DNA of 64,000 nt from Naegleria gruberi. Taxonomy: Eukaryota. The translations under genes and the position numbers were made by a program. Below the pieces are notes generated by a model. It had not been told where the DNA came from and searched no databases. It saw only the letters and a list, made by a program, of their open reading frames with translations. Positions 21,955 through 33,951 of the stretch are shown piece after piece (position 1 is the stretch's first letter; the number at the start of each line of letters is the position of its first letter). The stretch lies in the NCBI GenBank assembly GCA_000004985.1, contig GG738897.1. The stretch is one strand, 5' to 3'.

Positions 21955-22553
21955 TATTATTAAATTATCCTTATCTTAGTAAATTATGAAATAACACAAC
22001 TCTTCCAAAACACCATTCCATTGTACAAATGTAAGGATTGTAATCGAAAAAACATATATTTATTGTACAATCAAACAATTTAGTACATTGTTGATGCAAT
22101 TAATTGCCAAGGTATATTTGGATGGAAGCAACAGGAGTAAGTATTGATTAATGTGGTAGTGGAAAGAACTTGGCAAAATTCATATTCCTCACTATGTCAA
22201 ACCTCTTCTGTGGCTCCCCTAACAGGAAGGGACCAACGATGGGGTGAACCAAATGAAAGAGCAAGCCAATTCCCCATTTTTTACATTCCTTGATGAAGGT
22301 CTAAACATACTATTTGGCTCTCCTTTAATTCCAACACCCAGTATTAATTGGCTAGAGAAAAAGATGTATCGCAAGAGCTTTGGGTTCCTCTAAAGGACTA
22401 TCTCACTTGATCCAAATATTGGTAATGCCTTCCTGTGAAGATATCCTAAAGACTTTTCTACCTTAGACATATTAAGGAGAAAGATTCCCATTCTTATTTT
22501 TTCTTTTGTTGATAATGATTATCCTTTGCTTTGGTTGTGAAATAGAAACTATT

Positions 22554-23783
22554 TCACAATATTACTTCTAATATTTCATTGATGAATTTTCCAATAGTAG
22601 CCAATACAAATGGAATGGTAAGTGGTAACATTGTGTAAAATGAATAGAATTTCACACACAACATTAAGGCACTCAGACAACCTCCAAGTGGAACCAATTG
22701 TAAAAATCCATTCGCACGTACAATTCCATAATTCAGAGCCCTCACTGCCTGTATTGTTAAATAGATTGAAAATGGTAGCATACAATAAACACTTCTACTT
22801 AGTAAAAATAGAGATATTGATGCCCATTGGAAACATGATTCGAATTTCACTGGCGGAATAGTGCACCAATAGATTGAAAATACACTGATAGTAACTGTTG
22901 AAATGGCATACATTATAGAATTCAGAGCTGAATGAACGGTGCTTAATTCCTGGCCTGCCCAATTCAAGAAAATAGACGAAACTCCACGTAGCACTCCAAA
23001 ATAAATTCCCAATCCTAAACTCAAAAAGAAATACAGGATAAAATTATCAGTCGCATGTCCAAAATGTTGATCATACTTTTCTGAAACTCTCTTATTAATC
23101 ATGAATTTTCTCCAATAATAGAACAATAATAAAATGGCAGAAATCGAAATTGAAACTAATCCAATGTAGAATAATATATAAAATGGAAGGAAACTATATG
23201 GAAGCCACCACAATCCTCGACTCAGAGTTCGATCATTTTCCTCCAATTGAGACATTAATCCAATACTTATTGTTGCATCTATTAAAATCAATGATAAAAC
23301 TCCTAAAAAAAGAATCGGCCAATTTACAAGAAACTGATACCTATTTAAATTCGAATATCAATTTCTTTCATTCCTTTCAAAAAAAACTTACAATAAATGG
23401 CCTAATGATAAAAATTTCTTTAAATATTTATCCCTCCTATAATATTTCATCCATTTACAATACTCTTTCATATTGACATTCTCCCTAATTTCAGATAAAA
23501 GTGAAACACCTTTCGAATCTGCATATCCTCCTTTCAATCTATCAAAAAATCCATTCATCGTATCCAACACCCTATCAATCGGATTAGAAATCAACTGAGA
23601 CCACCTAAATCCAACCCTCAATCTCGACACATTTTCCAATTTTACATTTTCCCACATTTTTGTATTTTCCAAAATTTCATAAAATTGTTTGCAAACGCGA
23701 GAATGAGAAAGAATTTCTTGCGGAATTTCAATTCCGAACTCGAAAATTTGTTCAATAATTTCGTTGGGCAACGAGTCGAGCAT
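22554..23783 (-). CDS. F-box-like domain fused to a multipass transmembrane domain (~392 aa), 2 exons: 23392..23783 and 22554..23340, intron 23341..23391
   Basis: Exon 1 (MLDSLPNEIIEQIFEF...) ends in phase 2 at ggccatttatt|gtaagtttttttt. The acceptor ...cgaatttaaatag restores the frame into the second track ORF (...GHLL|YQFLVNWPILFLGVLSLILIDATISIG...). The C-terminal ~260 aa contain 6 or more hydrophobic helices. Confidence 0.55.
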
Positions 23784-24824
23784 TTTTTTTTAAAGTTTAC
23801 AATTTGGAATTTTTGAAAATTATTGTTCGAATGAGATTTTTTATTGGAAATAGAAAGTTAGGGAATAATCGAATAGATTTTTCAAGAAGAAACTTTAAAT
23901 GAACTTTGGATTAATTGATTTGTGAATTAAATATTTAATTTTTTTGTAACAATTAATAAAATATGGAAATTTTCAATCAATTTAATAATAGTTTGTAAAA
24001 ATTATTCGAATCTTTTAAAGCTTTAATAATCGTAGTTGTAATATTTACAGTATTTATAAATAGTTTACAATAAATAGATTCACAATTAAATTGAAGATTC
24101 TTTCCCAATGCCGCAAACCAAGTCCATGCTTCCGGTCAAACCTCAAACAATTTAAGCAATTCGTTTTATTGACATTGTTTCGAATAAACAAAGATAAATG
24201 AGTAATTTGCCAATATTGTATCATTTGTTATTATCTGAAACCAAATTTGATGATTATGTCGTGTCATTTATTTTCTTTTCGCGGATTTTTTAAGAGCCAC
24301 CTCTCAATTTAACCAACGGGTTTCGAATCTTGTTTCGAATACAGTTTATGTCTAATCCTTTCCCTGATTCACAGTCAATGTATGGTTGAAATCCATTCTT
24401 TCACAATTCTTAATACAAAAAACAAATACTCTTTACGACAGCTCTTTCCTCACATTGTTCGAAACTATCTGATTCTTCCAAAAGAAAGCTGTTTCCATAA
24501 AAAATAAAAAAATCAGATCGATCTTAGTTGCTCACGTCAGGATTGGGTCACATAATTCAAAATTATTCAGAGACTTGCCTTTGTTTTTAATTGTTCCCCG
24601 CTCAACTGAAGGTCTCTTTTGACTTGTGACAGTTACACATCAGGTTTTTGGTTTCTCGTTTACCAAACACATTCAAAAAACAGGACACTTTATTCTGGAA
24701 TCATCTCTTCTAATAATATTACAAAAAACAATTATTCGAAACTTGTATTCCGCGCACTTGGCCAATTTTCAAGCACACAATATTTCAAACAACAAAGAGA
24801 TAAAAAGAAACACACACCAACCTG

Positions 24825-27800
24825 ATGGTACAAGAGAAACATTATCTTTTGCCACTTTCTAATAATATTTCGAATAAGAATATCCAGCAGCCAATTCATG
24901 AAGGAATGAATCGACAGCAGCTTCCCTTCACTCCGCCATCCTCGTCATCATCACTGCCGGTGGACACACATGAACAGTCATCAACAGGATTCGACAAAAC
25001 TTGTGAGAATGTGCACGAAACTGTTCCACATCACCAACATTCTTTAAAAGAAATGGGTGAAAATGAAATTTCTCACTTTGAAAACATGATAGGGTCTCTT
25101 TCACCTGAGAAGAAACAATCTCTCATCTATTCGATTCTTCAACATCAATTTCAAGATCAGAATCAAATAGTCAGTATGTTGATGGAAGAATTACCACTCC
25201 CCACCACATCAACAGATGTGAATAATTTGGCATCATCATCACCACCACTTTCTTCATCTCTAGATTCTAATAATTTAATGATGATGAATTCGGAATCTAA
25301 TCATCATCATCATTCTAATGTACTATTGATGAGCAATAACAGTAATAATAGTAATGGTAATCGTGGTGCTGAATTTCAATCAATAACTCCTCTTGAAGAA
25401 TTGTGGTTTCGATCCATGAATAATTGTTCATCATCACCTCCTATTAATTATAATAATAATTATAATAATAATTGGATGTTTGATGGTAGTAGCGGAAAAG
25501 TATCTTGTTCATTGCCTAATAATTATCAAATTGGTGGTGGTTTGATATTTTCCAATATTGATGACAATGAACCTCAACAACAACAATTTAATAATCGTCA
25601 TCATTACGAACATAATAATATCAAACAACAACAAGAAGAATACATGATGATCGGAAAATCATTTCCGCCATCAAACGCCTCATCGGTTCATTTGCAAAAA
25701 CTAATGCAAGTCTATCATCAACAAAAACAACAAGAATTGAATCAACAACAAGCACCTTGGACGAACAATCAAATTATACTAGGTGGTGCCGTTGGAGAGC
25801 AACACAATATTGTCAACACCCTTAACAAGTCTCAATTGCTGCCAAATCCAACTACAACAAACTGTAATGAAAAAGCAAATCCAGAAAAAGGCTTGTTGGC
25901 TAATGAGGCTCATTTAGGATTTGATATTGCTCCTTCGCAAAACATCACTTCAACCACTTACCAAAGAGGTTCTAGTTCATTACTCTCACAACATTTGAAA
26001 GATTCCATGAGCAATAATGGAACAACAACATGTTTAAATGAATCTTTCACAAACAATGTTCATGGTGGTGTACAACATGGTTGCATTGTTGGTGGTACAA
26101 GGGATGCCAATGGTAGCAGTTTGCTTCTTGCTTCCAACTTGCCAAGGGAGAAATTAATGAATCAACAACAACCACCAATATTCAGCCAAACTCATTTGCC
26201 TCAATATGAAAATATGGTAACGGATTTAATCCAACACCAATTATCCTCTTCTCCATCAACTACACCACCAAGCGGACATGAATTTAATGCTACAACAAGT
26301 CGCACTATGGATTGTGTTGGGAACGAATCTTTTTCCTTCAACAACAAGTCGACTGGTGAATTAATCATCCCATCTTGTCAACCTTATGTCTCATCTTTTT
26401 CCTCATTTACCAAGGTGGCCAGGCCAACAAAAGATGCAGAGGCGAATCTCAGCAAATCTAATTCTGGACCAAACAACGTTCCAAACAACAAAAAAGAGAC
26501 ACAACCTCCCTCCTTTTTTACTTCGAGCAACACTATAATTGGAGCCGTGTCAACGAGAATATCAAACTCTCCTCCAATACTTACACCATCATCATCATTA
26601 GCAAGTAGTGCATTGATAACTGGTGATTCAAAGATTTATAATAGTAATACGCTCAATAGTTCCAACGTGCCTTCCATAAATTCCTCTCAATTAATATCAT
26701 CTTCATCTGTTGGTAGTACAACAAACATACAACAAGAACAACAACAGAATAATCTGAGTGGCCTTCATTTAAATAGGAATAGCCAACAAGAAGAACAGTC
26801 ATATAACAATATTACCACCTCTGGAAACAGTCAAATCAATAGAAATCCTCCTCACCATGCTGCTGTAATGAATAACAATCCTTCATTGCCAACTTCCAAT
26901 AGTACGAGTTATCAACAAACATCACCAACATCTTCTCAAATTCAACACCAACAAAATTATCTTCTCCCCCAACAACACCTTCATCAATCCCTCCCTCAAA
27001 ACAATCTTCAACAATCCTCATTCATTAATGGAGCTTCAGTGATGAATGGATTTCCGAACTATCAACCAAACAATTTACAAACATCTGGCCATATAGATGC
27101 ACCACAGCAGCCATCAAGTACATTTACCAGTCAACAACAACAATTCCAAACAATGAGAAGTTCAACCCGAGAGTCCCAGGCAAAAGAATCAGATGATGAA
27201 CCTTATCTTCCAAAACAATTTTCTGTTCTCCCTCCATCATCTAAACGTCGTATGAAAAGAAAGACTGACCAAACATCCAGGAGTACTACTGTTGCAAATG
27301 TGCCATCCAACACAATTAGCAGCTTGAATTCAACTCTCCTAAAGAAAATGACTGTAGATATGTATTATGATATAACGAGTGCTGGACATCCATTCTTACC
27401 GAGAGAAGATTTGGAAAATCTTTCTGTAAATGATGACCAAAGAACAAATCTTGCTTTCATGTTTTCCCTGCAGACCTTATGTTATCAACGTTTTGGTCTG
27501 ACAAAGCAAGCACATGACTCTTTTGAAAAGGCAAAGAATCTTGTCCTGTTTAACCCTAGCGATCCTAATTTATTTAATACGGCTTGTACATATGTTAATT
27601 TAGCTCTATACTGTAATTCATCAGGAGATCCTGAAAATGCAAACAAATTTTCAAGAATTCTAGATTACAATATTTTAAGAGACGACTCATTTAGAGACTC
27701 TCAAAATCCTGAACAATTGAAGGCACTAACTCAAATGAAAAAGATTTCGGATATTTCTGGTGGATCTGGTTATTATGGAGATGATAGAGGACTGAATGAT

Positions 27801-28724
27801 GTTTCTAAGTTTATTCTCTCCATTTACCAATATTCAACTGGTGGTGAACGTCCTGTTCCCACTGAAATGATGCAAATAGCTAGGCAACCTCTTAATATGG
27901 ACACATTACCTGAATATTTAAGTTTATTGGACTGTGTCATGAAAATGATGTTAATTTATGAATCTAAAGGTTTACACTTTTCAGAATCTCAAAAAAAGAT
28001 GACCAAATATTTGTACTATGGACTTTCATATGGTATGAAGATTCTTCTCCTCAAATTGTGTGGTTTCAAGGGTCCAGAATTGGAAGAAGCAGCTGAAAAG
28101 ATTACTCTTCTATGTAGAACTCCAACTTTTACATTTGCACCAACATTTTTGATCCAACCTGTTGGTTTGGCACTTGATGTTCACTGTGAAATGTTAAAAG
28201 AAATTGACCAGGGCGAGAGAAGTAATGTTGAAGAATTCAAAATTGCCAAATTACTAAGAAATGATATCGAGTCTCTAAGATTTTTAACCTCTCGATATCC
28301 AGAGCTGTGTGCCAACTTTAATCCATCTCTCGATCTAGCAGAATCACTTTTGGAAAAGAAGGGAAGAAGTTTGTCAAGATTTTTGGATGCTGATATTTAT
28401 TCATCGAATAGTGGAGGAGTTACTATTATTGAGGATGAGCTCAAAGTTATTGAAGGACAAATCAAGGAATCTGCCAAAACGAAGAGAAAATCTAGAGAAG
28501 ATGAAAGTACCAATGATAACTTTGGAAATACACCTAATACCACAACATCCACCGATCTGAACTCAAATCCTCACAATATGCAACCTCCAAATTCCTTTAT
28601 TCCAATTATTTCGGAAGAGTTCCCTAAAAATTATGGCTTTGATCCTCTGGCATTCCTTTCTGAAGAAGATTATGAATTGTTATTTGGAGAAGATCAAAAA
28701 AGTGTTACCACTGATTATTATTAA
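24825..28724 (+). CDS. large low-complexity (N/Q/S-rich) nuclear-type protein (1299 aa) with conserved-looking ~450 aa C-terminal globular region
   Basis: Single continuous ORF from ATG. Extensive poly-N, poly-Q and poly-S tracts. The C-terminal third (from ~27350) is non-repetitive. An acidic tail ends ...EEDYELLFGEDQKS. Confidence 0.55.
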   Translation: MVQEKHYLLPLSNNISNKNIQQPIHEGMNRQQLPFTPPSSSSSLPVDTHEQSSTGFDKTCENVHETVPHHQHSLKEMGENEISHFENMIGSLSPEKKQSLIYSILQHQFQDQNQIVSMLMEELPLPTTSTDVNNLASSSPPLSSSLDSNNLMMMNSESNHHHHSNVLLMSNNSNNSNGNRGAEFQSITPLEELWFRSMNNCSSSPPINYNNNYNNNWMFDGSSGKVSCSLPNNYQIGGGLIFSNIDDNEPQQQQFNNRHHYEHNNIKQQQEEYMMIGKSFPPSNASSVHLQKLMQVYHQQKQQELNQQQAPWTNNQIILGGAVGEQHNIVNTLNKSQLLPNPTTTNCNEKANPEKGLLANEAHLGFDIAPSQNITSTTYQRGSSSLLSQHLKDSMSNNGTTTCLNESFTNNVHGGVQHGCIVGGTRDANGSSLLLASNLPREKLMNQQQPPIFSQTHLPQYENMVTDLIQHQLSSSPSTTPPSGHEFNATTSRTMDCVGNESFSFNNKSTGELIIPSCQPYVSSFSSFTKVARPTKDAEANLSKSNSGPNNVPNNKKETQPPSFFTSSNTIIGAVSTRISNSPPILTPSSSLASSALITGDSKIYNSNTLNSSNVPSINSSQLISSSSVGSTTNIQQEQQQNNLSGLHLNRNSQQEEQSYNNITTSGNSQINRNPPHHAAVMNNNPSLPTSNSTSYQQTSPTSSQIQHQQNYLLPQQHLHQSLPQNNLQQSSFINGASVMNGFPNYQPNNLQTSGHIDAPQQPSSTFTSQQQQFQTMRSSTRESQAKESDDEPYLPKQFSVLPPSSKRRMKRKTDQTSRSTTVANVPSNTISSLNSTLLKKMTVDMYYDITSAGHPFLPREDLENLSVNDDQRTNLAFMFSLQTLCYQRFGLTKQAHDSFEKAKNLVLFNPSDPNLFNTACTYVNLALYCNSSGDPENANKFSRILDYNILRDDSFRDSQNPEQLKALTQMKKISDISGGSGYYGDDRGLNDVSKFILSIYQYSTGGERPVPTEMMQIARQPLNMDTLPEYLSLLDCVMKMMLIYESKGLHFSESQKKMTKYLYYGLSYGMKILLLKLCGFKGPELEEAAEKITLLCRTPTFTFAPTFLIQPVGLALDVHCEMLKEIDQGERSNVEEFKIAKLLRNDIESLRFLTSRYPELCANFNPSLDLAESLLEKKGRSLSRFLDADIYSSNSGGVTIIEDELKVIEGQIKESAKTKRKSREDESTNDNFGNTPNTTTSTDLNSNPHNMQPPNSFIPIISEEFPKNYGFDPLAFLSEEDYELLFGEDQKSVTTDYY

Positions 28725-28825
28725 TTCTTTTTGAAAGATACCAACAAGATTAAATAAAGTTGTTATCAAGATTATCAAAAATGTTCAAAAATGTGGCGCC
28801 AAATTTTTAAACTAGAACAAAAAAA

Positions 28826-30442
28826 ATGTCGACAACCAATACGAACGAATCTGCTGCTGATGGATCATCTTCTAATAGTAATGGTGGTAGCAATAATCAT
28901 GGTTTGTCAATAAGACATGTTGATTCCACATTTAAAAGTAACACCGTTCCAATCCATCGTTCATCTACTAGTAGATTAGGATCAATCACTAATAGTACAA
29001 CAACTAATCACAATGTTTCATCTGCATCACCATCACCATCAAGACCAATTTCCATTCCATCAAATCCTAGTGATATCTTTCTCTTTAAAGGGTTTTTACC
29101 TCTCGATAAAAATTCCTTTCCATCACACTATATGTTTAATTGTAATACATTGGAAGGGATTGGCTTTCTTCCCGATCAAATGTTTCAATTATTTGCACAA
29201 ATTTTAGCCTATGAATATATAAGAAAAGGACAAACCATTCCTAATAGTGTTATGTGTGGTTTAACATATTTTCAAGAAATTTGTACTCTAAGAAAAAGAA
29301 GAATTATTCCAAATGAAATTTTACCAAGAGAACGACAAATTACAACAACTATGGGAGCTCCACTTCACACTATTGGATCAACCAATAATTTGACCTTTAT
29401 TCAACACGTATCGAGTTCTAAACATCCTGGAGTTGTTTCTGCTAAACCAATTAGTGAATCTCCTGTAAATTCCAATGTTTCTACTAGTAATATTCCACCT
29501 CCTCAACCACAAGAAAAGACCTCTTCATCATCATCAACAACATCCCAAACACCAGCAAGTACTGCATCAAATAATCCACCAATAGAAAGTAATGCTGGTC
29601 AATCTGAAAAATCCTCAACTACCACCACTGAAACCAATCTTGTAAATTCAACCACACCTCCACCAAACAATGACGAAAACTCAAATTCCAACCTTGTAAC
29701 AATCGATCGAGCACAACAATTAACATATAGAGTTGTTAAGCCACAACCAAATTTATTGGAGACTAATTTAACACTTATTGGATTGGAGGCGTGTTCGTAT
29801 TTATGTGACTCTTTCCCTGAAGGAAATGCAAAATTTAAAGAATTACTTGTCACACCAATAGTTAATCCTCATCTCCCAATTACAAATTCTTCCAATAATA
29901 CTAGTAGTAGTGATACAACAAGCTCTTCATCAACAATATCTGAGAAACAACCAGAGAAAGCCAAAGAAAACTCTCCTAAAATTCAAAAACCAATTGAGGT
30001 AATAACAGTCGATGATGAAACACCTAAAAAACCTCTTCCAACCACTAAGAAAACCAATAATATCACTACTACAAATGTTACAAGACCATCTAGATCCAAA
30101 ATTATTACAACCCCAATCAGGCAATTAGAGCTTTCCTCCTCAGATGAAGAATCTCCAGAAGTTGTGGCAGAAGAAAACAAAAAGAGGAAAAGGAAAACAA
30201 TAACCACTAAAAGAAAGAAAAAGGAAAAGAAAACTAAGAAGAATCACCTAGGTAATGATATTTATACTGTTGAAAAAGTATTGCGTAAGAAAATAAGAGA
30301 ATCCTCTGAGCCTGAATATCTAGTCAAATGGCAAGGATATGGCGAAGAAGATAACTCGTGGGTAAAAGAGTCAGATATGTTGGATAAAGCTCTTATCCAG
30401 AATTTTCGAGGAACAGTCGAATATGAAAAGAAATCCAAATAA
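28826..30442 (+). CDS. chromodomain-containing protein (538 aa)
   Basis: C-terminal YTVEKVLRKKIRESSEPEYLVKWQGYGEEDNSWVKESDM matches the chromodomain consensus (E..VEKIL..R...G...YLVKWKG....NTWEP). A basic KKRKRK stretch precedes it. The N-terminal region is S/T/N-rich. Confidence 0.65.
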   Translation: MSTTNTNESAADGSSSNSNGGSNNHGLSIRHVDSTFKSNTVPIHRSSTSRLGSITNSTTTNHNVSSASPSPSRPISIPSNPSDIFLFKGFLPLDKNSFPSHYMFNCNTLEGIGFLPDQMFQLFAQILAYEYIRKGQTIPNSVMCGLTYFQEICTLRKRRIIPNEILPRERQITTTMGAPLHTIGSTNNLTFIQHVSSSKHPGVVSAKPISESPVNSNVSTSNIPPPQPQEKTSSSSSTTSQTPASTASNNPPIESNAGQSEKSSTTTTETNLVNSTTPPPNNDENSNSNLVTIDRAQQLTYRVVKPQPNLLETNLTLIGLEACSYLCDSFPEGNAKFKELLVTPIVNPHLPITNSSNNTSSSDTTSSSSTISEKQPEKAKENSPKIQKPIEVITVDDETPKKPLPTTKKTNNITTTNVTRPSRSKIITTPIRQLELSSSDEESPEVVAEENKKRKRKTITTKRKKKEKKTKKNHLGNDIYTVEKVLRKKIRESSEPEYLVKWQGYGEEDNSWVKESDMLDKALIQNFRGTVEYEKKSK

Positions 30443-30458
30443 ACTCTTCACAATAATC

Positions 30459-31500
30459 TCAGTAATCATAATCATCTTCATCTTTGAATGTTTTGGATTG
30501 TGGTTGTTGAATTTCATTCAATTCTTTCATCACATCCAATCCTTCTCCTCCATACATCATGTAACACATCATCATATCCTCTTTAGTGAGTTGACCAATA
30601 TCTTCTGGCATTTGATAATCTGATGCAACTCCAAAACCTAATAGCCCATAATTTGAGTTATCAAAGGTATCCATTCCATACATGCTATTATACTGGTCTT
30701 CCAACAATTTGGCTTGGGTTGCTTGAGAGGTTGTGTTATCACTCTTCTTTTTCAAGACATCCTTCTTTACAAAACTAACCAACTCACTCATTGAATTTCT
30801 AAAATGATAAATAATTGACCACAATTCATTTGCATATGGTGCCACTCTTTTCATTATAATATCCTCAATAATCTGCTCTTCTAATTCATTAGGTTTGTGA
30901 TTTTCATCCTTTTCCAAATCAATTTCATCTTTATCATTCGTATACTCGGCAAAACAATTAGCCAAAATATGTGAAATATTTCCCTCGTCATATAATTTAC
31001 ATTTCCTATCAAAATAATGATTATCCTCCTCATCCCAATATTCTATATCCACTCTATCACCAGTTTTAATTCTAGCCTTTCCATTCTTTGTTTCCACCAT
31101 TTCTTCATCTTCATTCGCCAATACATCAAAGTAATAATTAGAAGTCTCACTTTCCTATATCATACAATTCATACATCATATTCATCAATTCCAAATAAAT
31201 TTAATAATGCCATTCCGAACATAATAATTAATATTCAATAATTAAATATGTTAAATATAATAATAATTAAATCATCATCACAAGAAATACAAAATATAAC
31301 AATAACAAAACAATAGAAGAAATTACGATAATAATACATCAATGATTCCTTACATGACTAGTCTTTACAAATCTATAACGTTGTTGTTTGGCTGCTTGGA
31401 ATCTTGTTCTGGCTTCGGAAGAGCAATCAGGACAGCCATCCTTCTCGAAAGGAGGTTCAAAGAAGGAACCATGTTTACATCCACATTTAATTTGATTCAT
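30459..31500 (-). CDS. hypothetical acidic protein; proposed 2-exon model 31354..31500 + 30459..31154 (~280 aa) with a small Cys-rich first exon
   Basis: Track ORF 30459..31121 begins on TTG; the first in-frame ATG is internal (MVETKNG...). Upstream, a 49-codon ATG ORF (MNQIKCGCKHGSFFEPPFEKDGCPDCSSEARTRFQAAKQQRYRFVKTSH) ends exactly at a strong donor cat|gtaagg. The acceptor ...gtatgatatag|gaaagtgag joins in phase 0 to ESETSNYYFDVLANEDEEMVETKNG.... The 199-nt intron is AT-rich. This model is speculative. Confidence 0.35.
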
Positions 31501-33951
31501 TTTTTTAAATATACTTTACAAGAATTTTCCCGCTAAATTGAAAAAAATAAAAAAAAATGTACCTTGGTGAACCTGGAATGTAATTCTGATAGGCACTTTC
31601 AATTGGAGAAGGCTTTGTTCTTGGACAAATTAATTGAAGAAAATAGGCTAGATGGGCTAGGTACTATTATTGAATTTTGTTTGCCCTTCCGATTGGTCAT
31701 GATCAAATAGTTACCTTTAGATTATGAGGATAAACTAGTATTGTTGGAATGTGTCAGGAATTGTAGAAGTGAGTTTGATTTTTTACCTGAAAAGTTCAAG
31801 AATGATAGAGAAATACTTCTTGCTTTCAAGTCTTCTATTGTTGGTTGTTTGGTGCAATATATTACTCCAACATATTCGAATCATGAGGAGGATTTTCCTG
31901 GTTGTGTGAAATTGAATGATTTCATTAATTCCATCAATGTAACCTGCCAATATAGCAAATATCCTTATCCTTCAATAGCTCTGAATCTGCAATTTGACAT
32001 TGATGCTTTCAAGATTACATTCCCAAACCAATGATTTAACAGTTATGTCCATTTAATAAGAACAATAATGATGAGTATTATCTTAGAGACAGAGAATTTT
32101 ACGAATTTGCTTTGAGATATGATGGAACATTGCAGAGGAAATTCGAAACGATGAATGGTTTGCTTAGCTGTCTCAACAAGGCGATCTGCTTTCAAATATG
32201 CAACAGAAGAGAGGAAACAAGACCCACTCACAATTTGAGTGCCACGAAACCAATGAGTTTCTATTGTGATTCTGGAGAGCATGAGCATTATAGTTGGAGT
32301 TACATGGTACCTCCTCGTTTACCTTCTTCAGATTTGTTTGATTGCACTATTTTCGATACCTATGCCCACCTTAACAAAGACAATCCTTATCTGTAGTTGA
32401 TGCTCATTCAATGTGTCTGTAGTGGCAACTTTACAATAATCTACAATACTTTTATTTTTAATCTATTTCTAGAAACCACTCCCATTGTTGTCAAGTTATT
32501 TTCATTTCTGGTTAAAATTTCACTTGACATGATGTTCAAACATACTCAGTGGTTACGATCATTAGGTTGTATCATTTCAATACAATGATTAATTTCAATG
32601 CTTCTGGTCGGTACCTTCCTTCTGTTCACATTCGTCTTCTGAAAAGACTTTTCATGACTGAAGATCAATTTGAAACCGTCAACCAGAAACATGGAAGTTT
32701 GGAAAAGGTGTCAACAACATCAAAACCGGAAAAAATCTATTTCAGGTCTAACTAATTAAAAGTACAACCTTCCTTACAGATTATCATGCATGCAATTTGG
32801 AGATATGAAATCTGCCTAAACACAAATACTAATTTGTGGATGAATTGCCATTCAGATTTTCTTGTTGAAAATAGCTCATTACAAAATATTTGCAATATTT
32901 CTCATTGCTGAAATATGGATAGTAGCAACTAGAAAAGTTTCTCCCGAATTTCATACAACCTCATTTCTCCATAGATCTGCGATTCTATTATAATACTTTA
33001 CAATTAATTGTAAGCTCTCACAATAGGTATTCTTTAATGAACTTTGTTCATTATAATTTTAAAGGTATCAAAAACATGCAACACGTTTACACACACACTA
33101 TCTCTCAATTCTTTAATAGTAAGCCACCAAACTCAACAATTTTTTCACAGTTTTAGCATCATTGACCAATTAATCCCAGAATTTACATTTAAATTCAATA
33201 ATTGTAGAGACCTTATATGGAATTAGCTTTTTTTCTTCAATAAGAGTGTTTGAGGCTTAGTATGGAGTGAAATTCATGCCCATAGTTCAAGGGCTGATTA
33301 GGATCTAAAGTCGGTTTTTCTGTTAAAATAAAGTAGAATTTTAATTGTGTTGTTTCACGCATTGCTGCCACTTGTCAGATTGCTCGAAGATTTAATTGAC
33401 TGTTGGCAGAAGTAATTTTCGGCTGTTTTGAAAAAAAAAGAAGAATCATCCTTTATTTGATCAAATACAGATTGCAGATTCTCTCCTCTAATTGTGTTTC
33501 GATTCTTTGTTTCCTCTAATTAATTTGAATAGCTCATCATCATGGATTCTCTAATGTGGTCATTTTCTCAGGAATATAATGTTAAACAACAACCATCTTT
33601 TAAAAACTTCAAGGTTTGTTTTCAAATTCAACTCCATTCTAACTTTTCTTCTCAACATTCCACAACATTCGAATAATATTTATTCACTTGGCTTACCGAT
33701 TTCTATGGGTGCACACATATGATAATTGTTGAATTGTTATTGTTGTGTTTTTACTTTCAACACGTTTGTTGATTGACTTGTGTTAAAACCTTTCGAACAA
33801 TTCTCGTACAAACATGTTACCGACTTCCCTTTTCGATCAACTGACATTTGCGCGCCAAAATCTCATAAATTCCTTCTTAAACCATGATCTTCCTGGGTTT
33901 ACAATGGAAATTTCCATAAATACATCTAATAATGCTCAATTCACACAATAG

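Noticed and set aside
31741-32396. Two ~95-aa ORFs (31741..32034, 32112..32396) in the gene-poor block
   Set aside because: There is no ATG-context support, no motifs, and overlapping ORFs on both strands. They may be relics of a decayed gene but cannot be supported as CDS.
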